Assembly: GCA_024400785.1 (NCBI GenBank) | Contig: JAKSME010000002.1 | Coordinates: forward strand, 9,598 to 73,597 | DNA: 64,000 nucleotides | From: Bacteroidales bacterium | GTDB taxonomy: Bacteria > Bacteroidota > Bacteroidia > Bacteroidales > WCHB1-69 | Reading direction: 5' to 3' | In this document: in pieces, positions 9,603 to 18,093 of the stretch | How the letters are laid out: each line of letters begins with the position of its first letter | How positions within the stretch are numbered: position 1 is the stretch's first letter | Notes under the pieces: generated by a model | Seen by the model: the letters and a program-made list of their open reading frames with translations, nothing else | The model's database searches: none | Told to the model about the DNA's origin: nothing | Position numbers and translations under genes: made by a program

Positions 9603-10646
9603 ATGGTAAAGAAAATCATTAACATCGCGATTTTTGCCGTCGGTATCATCGCCATTGCTTTAGCCATCGTATTCGTTGGCAAATGGAACAGTACCGTGGC
9701 AAATGACGACTCCGCCAAGGAAAAAGCCAATGTCGATTTCTACAAAGCCATTGGCATCCTTCAAACTTTTGATGAAGGCCAACAACTCCTTGATGGTTTC
9801 TTGAACGCTGACACAAAAGCTATCGGTACGACCAAAAGCCCCGGTGCTTATACTACAAAAATCAGTGAATACGTCACCAAAAAGGACGCAGAATGCAAGG
9901 TAGCAGACGAAAATGCCAAGAAATTTTATGGCTACCTCAACGTCCTCAAAGCTGTAAAAGAAGCTGATTTCAAAACATTTTCAGCCGACTATCCGCAAAA
10001 TATTCTTAGCTTGACTGAAAACAACGAAGGAAAAACCTTCACCTTTGGCAAACAATATGTTCAAGAATTCAAAAACTTAAAAAGTTATGAAGAACTGAAC
10101 AATTACATCACCGGTAATTTGTCACAACAATATACCGAATACAAAACGAACCAACTGACTGAACAAGAACACTTAAACGCAATTAAGAAATTGCAGTTGG
10201 CAACAGATAGCGTGGCTAATGTCAGCGCATTTGACCAAGAAAAGAAACAAGAAATCTTGTCCATGTTCCAAAACAACTTCAAATCATACAAATCAATGGA
10301 TCACGGTATGATTAATCCGTCATTTATGATGATTTACATCATGTTTGGCATCGCAATGGTAGCTGTTGTTTTGTTCATCTTAGTCAACATTGTTTCAAAT
10401 TTCAAGACTTCGTATGTTGGATTGTTGGCATTCGTGGCTTTACTTTTGGTAATGCTGATTGCATATCTGTGCGCACAGCCAGACATCAACAACCTTACAT
10501 TCGCTAAGTTGTCGATTTCACCGACAGAAGGCCGCTTCATTGAAGCATGCTGCTACATCGTTTACATTTTGGGTGGCGCCGCAATCTTGGCTGCAATTCT
10601 TTGCCCCATTGCTTCCGCCGTGAAATCAAACATCAAACTTAAATAA
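9603..10646 (+). CDS. hypothetical polytopic membrane protein embedded in the ExbB/ExbD cluster
   Basis: 347 aa: N-terminal TM helix, ~200-aa hydrophilic helical region, then 3-4 C-terminal TM helices. No motif I recognise. The 38-nt and 6-nt gaps to its neighbours suggest co-transcription. Confidence 0.5.
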   Translation: MVKKIINIAIFAVGIIAIALAIVFVGKWNSTVANDDSAKEKANVDFYKAIGILQTFDEGQQLLDGFLNADTKAIGTTKSPGAYTTKISEYVTKKDAECKVADENAKKFYGYLNVLKAVKEADFKTFSADYPQNILSLTENNEGKTFTFGKQYVQEFKNLKSYEELNNYITGNLSQQYTEYKTNQLTEQEHLNAIKKLQLATDSVANVSAFDQEKKQEILSMFQNNFKSYKSMDHGMINPSFMMIYIMFGIAMVAVVLFILVNIVSNFKTSYVGLLAFVALLLVMLIAYLCAQPDINNLTFAKLSISPTEGRFIEACCYIVYILGGAAILAAILCPIASAVKSNIKLK

Positions 10647-10652
10647 TCTATC

Positions 10653-11312
10653 ATGGCACGCAAACCTCCAGCGATAAATACTAGTTCTTCAGCCGACATT
10701 TCGTTCTTGCTGTTGACCTTCTTCCTGTTGACATCAAATATTTCCAGTGACCAGGGTATTATGCGTCAGTTGCCGAAATATTCTAAGGATATGCAACAGG
10801 TGGACGTCGAAATCAACACACGTAATATTTTGAATGTCAAGGTAACGAATAAAAATATCGTGATGGTTGATGGCGCAAAGTGGCTCAATGACGAATGGTT
10901 GATGTTCACTGACAATAAAAGTGATGTGAACAGCACCAACTCAGCTAACTATGCTGGCGAAATTGGAAAAATACATGAAATTGCGTATGAATTTTTCAAA
11001 AATCGCTACAACGAGCCCAACTTGCCTGACAAAAAACTTACCAATATCGAAGAGGCAGGATTTGGCATGTATGAAGTCACCAATGGTGTAATTTCTTTGC
11101 AATGTCAAAACTATGCTACCTACGATACTTACATCAAAGTCCACAACGAACTCTCCAGAGCAATCAACGACCTTCGTGACGAACTTTCAAGAGAAAAGTA
11201 TGGTAAAAGTTTCTCCGTATTGGAAGAAAGCAACGACAAAAAAGATCAGGAAAGAGTCAAAGCTATCAAAGCTGCTATCCCAATGCGAGTTTCAGAATCT
11301 AGTTCGAATTAA
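10653..11312 (+). CDS. exbD: ExbD/TolR family biopolymer transport protein (long form)
   Basis: N-terminus INTSSSADISFLLLTFFLLTS matches the Bacteroidota ExbD signature (xINxxSMADIxFLLLxFFL). Confidence 0.75.
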   Translation: MARKPPAINTSSSADISFLLLTFFLLTSNISSDQGIMRQLPKYSKDMQQVDVEINTRNILNVKVTNKNIVMVDGAKWLNDEWLMFTDNKSDVNSTNSANYAGEIGKIHEIAYEFFKNRYNEPNLPDKKLTNIEEAGFGMYEVTNGVISLQCQNYATYDTYIKVHNELSRAINDLRDELSREKYGKSFSVLEESNDKKDQERVKAIKAAIPMRVSESSSN

Positions 11313-11325
11313 TAAATAAGACAAT

Positions 11326-11826
11326 ATGGCACGTTTCAAAAGAAGTGGGAAAAAGGAAACTCCAGAACTTAATACCGGCTCAATGTCCGATATTATCTTC
11401 ATGTTCCTCTTTTTCTTTATGGTTATTACCACAATACGTGAAGGTGAAGCAAAAGTAAAATTCACCCCGCCGACTGCCACTGAATACCAGAAATTGGACA
11501 AAAAGAACTCCTACACCATTTATATGGGTGAGCCTTTGATTGAAGGTTCTGCAATGTTGGATAATTCAGTATCCATCCAATTCAACGATAAATTGGCTCC
11601 CGAAACCACAGACGAAGGTTTGGAACGTTCAGTAGATGAATTCGTAAAATCTTCTCGTGAAGCCAGTAAGTCAAAAGATCAAGACCCAGATAAAATCACA
11701 TACTATCTGAAAATTGATAACAAAACTCGTATGACGGCTGTCAACCAACTTAAATTGGCTATGCGTAAAAGAAATGCTCTTAAAATTCAATACGCTACCA
11801 ACAAAGACGTAAAGAAAGGTAAGTAA
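11326..11826 (+). CDS. exbD: ExbD/TolR family biopolymer transport protein
   Basis: ELNTGSMSDIIFMFLFFFMVITT anchor plus a periplasmic domain; 166 aa. Confidence 0.8.
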   Translation: MARFKRSGKKETPELNTGSMSDIIFMFLFFFMVITTIREGEAKVKFTPPTATEYQKLDKKNSYTIYMGEPLIEGSAMLDNSVSIQFNDKLAPETTDEGLERSVDEFVKSSREASKSKDQDPDKITYYLKIDNKTRMTAVNQLKLAMRKRNALKIQYATNKDVKKGK

Positions 11827-11848
11827 ACCAAATAACCTTAAAAAAAAA

Positions 11849-11878
11849 AGAGACTGTTATTTCAGTCTCTTTTTTTTT
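11849..11878 (+). terminator. rho-independent terminator closing the exbB-exbD operon
   Basis: AGAGACTG (11849-11856) / CAGTCTCT (11863-11870), 6-nt loop, T8 tail, preceded by an A-run (could act in both directions). Confidence 0.75.
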
Positions 11879-11894
11879 GCGTTTATAAAAGTTG

Positions 11895-11902
11895 TATCTT
11901 TG
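11895..11902 (+). promoter_or_regulatory. -7 promoter box TATCTTTG
   Basis: GTTGTATCTTTGCCGC. The ORF-track TTG start at 11900 lies inside the box. Confidence 0.6.
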
Positions 11903-11917
11903 CCGCAAATTTTTAAA

Positions 11918-13201
11918 ATGGATAAATCTAACACAAAAATAGCCGTAATAGGACTGGGATACGTTGGACTCCCCCTCGCCCGCCTATTTTCCACACAATT
12001 TTCCACCATCGGTTTTGACATGAACACGCAAAGAGTTAAAGCTCTGATGCAAGGTCATGACTCAACCCGCGAAGTTCCAGACGAACTGCTGCAGAAAGCC
12101 ATCGCAAACGGCTTCAAATGTACCGATAATTTAGAAGAAATCCGCGAATGCAACGTTTACATAGTTGCCGTACCCACCCCGGTAGACCATAACAACCACC
12201 CGGACTTAACACCACTGGTTAATGCAAGTAGCACGGTGGGAAAAGTAATTTCCAAGGGTGACATCGTTATTTATGAATCAACAGTTTATCCAGGGGTGAC
12301 AGAAGAAGAATGCCTTCCAGTGGTTGAAAGTGTTTCGGGATTGAAATTCAACATCGACTTTTTTGCCGGATACTCCCCTGAAAGAATCAACCCCGGGGAT
12401 AAGGAACACACGGTAGAAAAAATCAAAAAAGTAACCTCGGGCTCGACACCGGAGGTGGCTGATTTTGTGGATGCGCTCTATAACAGTGTGCTGGTTAACG
12501 GAACACACAAAGCAAGTTCCATCCGCGTAGCAGAAGCTTCAAAGATCATTGAGAACTCGCAACGCGATGTGAACATCGCTTTCATGAACGAATTGGCAAA
12601 AATTTTCAACGCAATGGGCATCGACACCCATGACGTGATTGAAGCCGCAGCATCAAAATGGAATTTCATCAAACTGCAACCCGGTTTGGTGGGCGGTCAC
12701 TGTATCAGCGTCGACCCCTACTACCTGATACAAAAAGCACAGGTTTACGGCGTTCTACCGAGAGTCATGTCCGCCGCTCGCCGCCTTAATGATGGAATGG
12801 GCGACTATGTAGCCAATTGTGCCATCAAACTGATGAATAAAAAGGGTGTGATGGTGAAAGATGCCAAAATCCTCATTCTCGGTTTCACTTTCAAAGAAAA
12901 TTGCCCCGACATCAGAAACACGAGGGTAATCGATATCTACTCCACATTACACGAATATTCAGACCAAATCACGATATACGACCCGTGGGCAAATCCCGAA
13001 GCTGTAAAACATGAATACGGTGTTGAAGTAACTAACGGCGACATTACAAAGTTGGAAAATAATTTTGATGCCGTAATTCTGGCCGTCGCTCACAAAGAAT
13101 TCAAAACAGTCAATGTCAGAGATTTCCTGAGAATTGAGAACGGTGTCGTATACGATGTAAAAGGCATCCTTCCCAAAGAAATGATTGATGGAAGACTCTA
13201 A
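11918..13201 (+). CDS. nucleotide-sugar dehydrogenase (UDP-glucose/GDP-mannose dehydrogenase family, WbpO/TviB-like)
   Basis: IAVIGLGYVGLPLA Rossmann motif and catalytic LVGGHCISVDPYY. Start set to the ATG at 11918 (MDKSNTK...). Confidence 0.85.
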   Translation: MDKSNTKIAVIGLGYVGLPLARLFSTQFSTIGFDMNTQRVKALMQGHDSTREVPDELLQKAIANGFKCTDNLEEIRECNVYIVAVPTPVDHNNHPDLTPLVNASSTVGKVISKGDIVIYESTVYPGVTEEECLPVVESVSGLKFNIDFFAGYSPERINPGDKEHTVEKIKKVTSGSTPEVADFVDALYNSVLVNGTHKASSIRVAEASKIIENSQRDVNIAFMNELAKIFNAMGIDTHDVIEAAASKWNFIKLQPGLVGGHCISVDPYYLIQKAQVYGVLPRVMSAARRLNDGMGDYVANCAIKLMNKKGVMVKDAKILILGFTFKENCPDIRNTRVIDIYSTLHEYSDQITIYDPWANPEAVKHEYGVEVTNGDITKLENNFDAVILAVAHKEFKTVNVRDFLRIENGVVYDVKGILPKEMIDGRL

Positions 13202-13241
13202 CATTAAAAGAAAATAGTTTATTAAACATAACCATATCATT

Positions 13242-15308
13242 ATGAAAAGAATCCTCCTTGCCGTCACCATTTGCCTTATTTTTTGTGTTAACGCATTGGC
13301 AAGTACACACGTTGCGTGGAAATACTCAGTAAAAAGGACATCAGACACGACAGCTGAAATTCAATTCGTAGCAACGATTGATAAAGATTGGCATTTCTAT
13401 GCCATACAAAAAGACCCCAACGCCGAATTTGGTCCCACAGAACTCGAATTCACCTTCAAGCCATCATCCAATTATCAATTGGTGGGCAAGGTGAAAGAGC
13501 CGAAACCGAAAGCCGATTTCGACAAAATGTTTGATTGCAACACCTACTACTTCCTTAACAGTGCCACTTTCACCCAAAAGATCAAAATCAAACATCCTGA
13601 AAAGGCATTCAAGATTCATGTAGAAATTTCCGGACAAACATGTACCACGGGTGCTTGCACACAAGAATACGATGAGTTTGACATTCCGATAGACAAGGTG
13701 GAAGGATATGTTCCTACAGGAGGAGAATCTGAAGTTACTGAAGATGAAACAGATACAACCAGCACGTTGACAACCGGTAATACCGACAGCACCTCCGCCA
13801 AAACTGGAGAGGTTGCCACATTAAAAGCCCAAGTAGCTGACAAAGAAGAGGAGGAAGAATCATTATGGCTATTCTTCTTAATGTCCATTGGTGGTGGTTT
13901 TATCGGTTTGCTGATGCCGTGCGTTTTCCCCATGATTCCGATGACGGTATCATTTTTCACCAAACAGGGGGCCAAAGGTAAAGTCTACGCTCTCGTTTAT
14001 GGTTTGTCCATAGTATTGATTTTCGTGCTTTTCGGCATTGTTTTGTCGGTTGTTGCCGGGCCCGGCGTTGCAAACGAACTGAGTACCGGTTGGTTCCTCA
14101 ACATTTTGTTTGCCATCATTTTCATTCTGTTTGCCATTTCCATGTTTGGCTACTTTGAAATCACATTGCCGAGTTCATGGGTAAACAAATCTGCGAAAAG
14201 CGAGAACAAAGGTGGTTTGATCGGTGTGTTTTTCATGGCACTGACCTTGGTTTTGGTATCATTTTCCTGCACGCTGCCGATTGCCGGCGCGGTAGCCTTG
14301 AATGCTGCCGGCGGCTCTTTGTTGAAACCGATTATCGGTATGTTGGGATTCTCACTGGGTATTGCCGTTCCGTTCACCCTCTTCGCCCTGTTTCCGGGCT
14401 TGTTGAAGAAAACTCCGAAGTCAGGAAGCTGGATGAACTCCTTGAAAGTAATCTTGGCCTTCATTGAATTGGCCTTCGCACTGAAATTCATCAATGTTCC
14501 CGACCAAACCTACCACTGGGGTATTTTGGACCGCGAGGTTTACTTGGCCTTTTGGATTGTGATTTTCAGTATGTTAGGATTCTACCTCATTGGAAAATTG
14601 CGTTTCCCCGCCGACCCCGAAATGCCCATTCAAAAAAGTTGGGTACGCTTCACCACCTCCATCTTCGTATTTGCCTTTGTCATTTACATGATTCCCGGCA
14701 TGGTTGGCGCTCCGCTCAACGCTATTTCCGGCTGGTTGCCGCCCGTTGAAACCCATGACTTCGACTTACACAAAGTCATCCGCGAAGAAACCAAATTTGC
14801 CACATTAGAACTTCAAAATGAAGAATTGGAAGCTCCACACTACGCCGACAAATTAGAACTTCCCCACGGTATAAAAGGCTATTTCGACTACAACCAAGCC
14901 CTTCGTGTGGCACAGAAAGTTCACAAACCCATCTTCATTGATTTTACCGGCCACGGTTGCACCAACTGCCGTCAGGTAGAAGCCAAAGTTTGGCGCGATG
15001 AAACCGTTCGCAAAAAATTTGCTGAAGACTTCGTGGTTGTTGCCATGTACGTTGATGATAAAAACATCGAACTACTTCCCGAAGACCGAATCAAAGATGA
15101 AAACGGTAACGAATTCACCCTCCTCGGAAAGAAAAACATGTACATCAGTCAGAAAATCTACAAGGAAAATTCACAACCATGCTACTTCGTTTTGGATGAG
15201 GACGGTTCCGTTTTGGCCGGCCCCACATATTACGAATTGGATGTTACCGAATACAACAAATTCCTTGACAAAGGTTTGGCAGCATACAACAAGAAACACG
15301 CTAAATAA
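13242..15308 (+). CDS. dsbD: thiol:disulfide interchange protein DsbD-like
   Basis: 688 aa: signal peptide and N-terminal domain, central DsbD TM core with the Cys pair (LMPCVFPMIP, SFSCTLPI), and a C-terminal thioredoxin fold with GHGCTNC. Confidence 0.85.
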   Translation: MKRILLAVTICLIFCVNALASTHVAWKYSVKRTSDTTAEIQFVATIDKDWHFYAIQKDPNAEFGPTELEFTFKPSSNYQLVGKVKEPKPKADFDKMFDCNTYYFLNSATFTQKIKIKHPEKAFKIHVEISGQTCTTGACTQEYDEFDIPIDKVEGYVPTGGESEVTEDETDTTSTLTTGNTDSTSAKTGEVATLKAQVADKEEEEESLWLFFLMSIGGGFIGLLMPCVFPMIPMTVSFFTKQGAKGKVYALVYGLSIVLIFVLFGIVLSVVAGPGVANELSTGWFLNILFAIIFILFAISMFGYFEITLPSSWVNKSAKSENKGGLIGVFFMALTLVLVSFSCTLPIAGAVALNAAGGSLLKPIIGMLGFSLGIAVPFTLFALFPGLLKKTPKSGSWMNSLKVILAFIELAFALKFINVPDQTYHWGILDREVYLAFWIVIFSMLGFYLIGKLRFPADPEMPIQKSWVRFTTSIFVFAFVIYMIPGMVGAPLNAISGWLPPVETHDFDLHKVIREETKFATLELQNEELEAPHYADKLELPHGIKGYFDYNQALRVAQKVHKPIFIDFTGHGCTNCRQVEAKVWRDETVRKKFAEDFVVVAMYVDDKNIELLPEDRIKDENGNEFTLLGKKNMYISQKIYKENSQPCYFVLDEDGSVLAGPTYYELDVTEYNKFLDKGLAAYNKKHAK

Positions 15309-15313
15309 GCGAC

Positions 15314-15736
15314 ATGAAGAAAGTTTTTCCTCTATTTATAGCACTGCTTCTGCCCATTTTGCTTTATGGGCAGAATGTTCAGTATCATGTAGAAGAATCG
15401 GTACAGAATACCGAACAAAAATACAAAGATGCGTGCCGGTATGTAGGGAAGGTAGAGGTTTATGTCATCCAAGTATTGTCATTGTCGGGTGAAAACTCCG
15501 GCAGCAAGGCGCAGGAGAAGGTAACCAGTCTCAACAATTACTTTTCCGCCAATGGCATTCAGGCCGAAGCCTATTCTGTTTTTGCGGAACCGAATCACAA
15601 AGTAAAGGTCGGTTATTTCAACACAAGGCATGAAGCCTACAGCGTATTGATGAAAATTGACCACCAATACGCGGGTGCCTTTGTCACCAAAGATAAGGTA
15701 AGGGTTTCAGAAATACACGAAGAGAAAGTGGACTAA
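15314..15736 (+). CDS. SPOR-domain-like secreted protein
   Basis: 140 aa: signal peptide, then VYVIQVLSLS...KVKVGYFNTRHEAYSVLMKI. This resembles the SPOR repeat also seen at the C-terminus of the amidase at 16841-18025. Confidence 0.5.
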   Translation: MKKVFPLFIALLLPILLYGQNVQYHVEESVQNTEQKYKDACRYVGKVEVYVIQVLSLSGENSGSKAQEKVTSLNNYFSANGIQAEAYSVFAEPNHKVKVGYFNTRHEAYSVLMKIDHQYAGAFVTKDKVRVSEIHEEKVD

Positions 15737-16375
15737 CTACTGCTTATCTTCTTTAGAAACAGCCGGTGCGACAGCGTCGGCTGTTTTGTTATCTACGCAT
15801 TCTGTTGATTTCTTTTCATCTTTAAAGAAATGTTTGTAGAAGCAAAGCATCAGGACAATGCCGACGGTGACGCAAGAGTCGGCGAAATTGAAGATGGCGG
15901 GGAAGAAGTAGCTGCCGCCGAAGCCCGGAAACCAATCCGGGAGAACGAACAGGCGGACGTAAATCATATCAACCACACGGCCATACATAAACGGAGCGTA
16001 ACCGTAAATCAGTCCGTAAAAAGCGGAATCGACGATATTGCCGAAGGCGCCGGCGACTATTAACGAAAGGACGCAAACCGCGAGGGTGTCAATTTCATCT
16101 TTTCGAATGCGATTCCAGATAAAATAGACCAGATAACCCACGACGCCCAACCGGAGGAGCGACAGAGCCAATTTCCCCAGGTTGTCACCAAAACTGAGGC
16201 CGAAGGCCATTCCGGGATTTTCGACAAAATATAAGTTGAACCATTGGCCGATGAGAGGAATGGTTTCTCCGATTTCCATGTTCGACTTCACCCAAATTTT
16301 CAGGAGTTGGTCGAGCAAGACACATACAACTACAATCGCAATAGAGATAATTGCGAGTTTCTTACGCTTTTTCAA
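15737..16375 (-). CDS. lspA: lipoprotein signal peptidase (signal peptidase II)
   Basis: 212 aa, four TM segments; NPGMAFG, GAFGNIVD and IFNFADSCVTVG motifs. Confidence 0.9.
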   Translation of the reverse strand: MKKRKKLAIISIAIVVVCVLLDQLLKIWVKSNMEIGETIPLIGQWFNLYFVENPGMAFGLSFGDNLGKLALSLLRLGVVGYLVYFIWNRIRKDEIDTLAVCVLSLIVAGAFGNIVDSAFYGLIYGYAPFMYGRVVDMIYVRLFVLPDWFPGFGGSYFFPAIFNFADSCVTVGIVLMLCFYKHFFKDEKKSTECVDNKTADAVAPAVSKEDKQ

Positions 16376-16385
16376 AACAGAAAAG

Positions 16386-16769
16386 TTATTTTTTTGATTC
16401 TAATTTAGCTTCGATGCACATTGTAGCGTGAGGCACGCTAAGCAGACGTTCTTTCGGAATCAATTTACCAGTGACGCGGCAAATTCCGTATGTCTTGTTT
16501 TCAATACGCAACAGAGCGGATTCCAAATTCTTGATGTATTTGAAGAGGCGGGCGGCTTGTTGGGCATTTTCTTCCTTCGCCAACACTTCGCTGCCTTCTT
16601 CGAGCACCTTAAAGGTAGGTGATGTGTCCATCGTATTGTTGCCGGTGTTGTTGCAAGCATCCATATAGACTTCCAAGCCTTCGCGAGCTTCTTTTAACTT
16701 TTTTTCTATCAAAGTTTTAAATTCTGCCAATTCCTCATCGGAATATCTTACTGCGCTTTTTTCTTCCAT
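16386..16769 (-). CDS. DksA/TraR family zinc-finger protein
   Basis: Coiled-coil N-terminal part and C-terminal YGICRVTGKLIPKERLLSVPHATMCIEAK. Start moved to ATGGAAGAA (16769), downstream of the promoter box. Confidence 0.7.
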   Translation of the reverse strand: MEEKSAVRYSDEELAEFKTLIEKKLKEAREGLEVYMDACNNTGNNTMDTSPTFKVLEEGSEVLAKEENAQQAARLFKYIKNLESALLRIENKTYGICRVTGKLIPKERLLSVPHATMCIEAKLESKK

Positions 16770-16793
16770 AATTGTATGTTTTAAAACGGAGTG

Positions 16794-16801
16794 CAAAGAT
16801 A
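16794..16801 (-). promoter_or_regulatory. -7 promoter box TATCTTTG
   Basis: Complement of 16791-16803 reads GTATCTTTGCAC, 25 nt upstream of the ATG at 16769. Confidence 0.6.
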
Positions 16802-16840
16802 CGTTAATTTTGAAATATTTTCAATCTTTTTCAAAAAAAA

Positions 16841-18025
16841 CTATTGGCATAGCTGACGTGCTTCTGACACTGGGATTTTTACACCATTTTTGAAGGCCAC
16901 AATAAAGGCATCTGGGTATTTCGCCTTGACTTCTTTCAAAACATTTTGAGCTCCGGCATAAGTTATCTCATTTCCAGCGGTATATTTCCACATATTGTTT
17001 TCTTTGTACTTGCCTACATTTTTAAGTCCGGCGAAACGTTTGTCGGTAACAGCGATATTGTCGGGGAGGGCGCAGAATTGGACTTTGAAGCAGACGCCAG
17101 TTTCTTGGCTGGCGGGTTGGGGTTTAGTTTCCGGTTTGGCGGTTTGTTCGGCCACTTTTTCCGGCTTAGTTTCTGCGGGTTTGGGTTCTGGCTTAGTAGT
17201 GGCGGGTTTTTCCTCTTCTTTGTTTTCAATCTGAGGAGCAACTTTTCCTTCCACTTCGCTCTTGTATTGTGCGAAAGCGGTGCAGATGGTTTTAGCCATT
17301 TTTTTCTGGAAATCCTTATCTACCAATTTCTTTTCTTCTTCTGGATTAGAAATGAAACCCAACTCCACCAAGATACTGGGCATGGCGACAGCATGAAGTA
17401 CCCAAAAACCCGCCTGTTGTACTTTTCGGTCGGTAAAGCCGGTGGTGCTAACCAGATTTTTCTGCACTTTTGCGGCCAACTTGGTAGAATTGTCGAGGTA
17501 ATTGTTGGCATAAAGGGAGAAAATGACGTAAGATTCCGGGGAGTTCGGGTTAAAACCGCCGTATTTGGTTTTGTAGTCGTCTTCCAGAAGCATGGAGGCA
17601 TTTTCACGGCGGGCGACTTCCAAGTTGTGGTCAGACTTATCGAGACCCATCACGAAGGTTTCGGTGCCGTGGGCTGTTTTATTGGTGGAAGCATTGCAGT
17701 GGATGGAGATGAACAGGTCGGCATGCTGATTGTTGGCATAGTTGCAGCGGTCGTAGAGGGTGGGATACACATCGGTTTTACGGGTATAATAGACCTCGAC
17801 ATCGGGGCAATTTTCCTTGATTTGTTTGCCCAGTTCGAGAGCGACAGCCAAGTTTATATCCTTTTCCTTGCTCATACTTCCAGGCGCACCGATGTCGGAA
17901 CCGCCGTGACCTGCATCAATAACCACCTTCTTGATCGCATCTTTGGCCTGCGGGAAGGCAGTACTTACACATAAAGAGAGAACGGCAAATAATAAAAAGC
18001 AAATTTTTTTGTTCATATTGGTCAA
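16841..18025 (-). CDS. N-acetylmuramoyl-L-alanine amidase (Amidase_3) with C-terminal SPOR domain
   Basis: VVIDAGHGGSDIGAPG...SIHCNA...LVELGFISN amidase core, a K/P/E-rich linker, and a C-terminal VCFKVQF...AFIVAFKNG SPOR-like domain. Confidence 0.85.
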   Translation of the reverse strand: MTNMNKKICFLLFAVLSLCVSTAFPQAKDAIKKVVIDAGHGGSDIGAPGSMSKEKDINLAVALELGKQIKENCPDVEVYYTRKTDVYPTLYDRCNYANNQHADLFISIHCNASTNKTAHGTETFVMGLDKSDHNLEVARRENASMLLEDDYKTKYGGFNPNSPESYVIFSLYANNYLDNSTKLAAKVQKNLVSTTGFTDRKVQQAGFWVLHAVAMPSILVELGFISNPEEEKKLVDKDFQKKMAKTICTAFAQYKSEVEGKVAPQIENKEEEKPATTKPEPKPAETKPEKVAEQTAKPETKPQPASQETGVCFKVQFCALPDNIAVTDKRFAGLKNVGKYKENNMWKYTAGNEITYAGAQNVLKEVKAKYPDAFIVAFKNGVKIPVSEARQLCQ

Positions 18026-18093
18026 TTTTGTGTAATTTTGGACCTTTTTTAGGCTACAAAAATATTATAAAAAAACAACTGTAGAAACAACTG

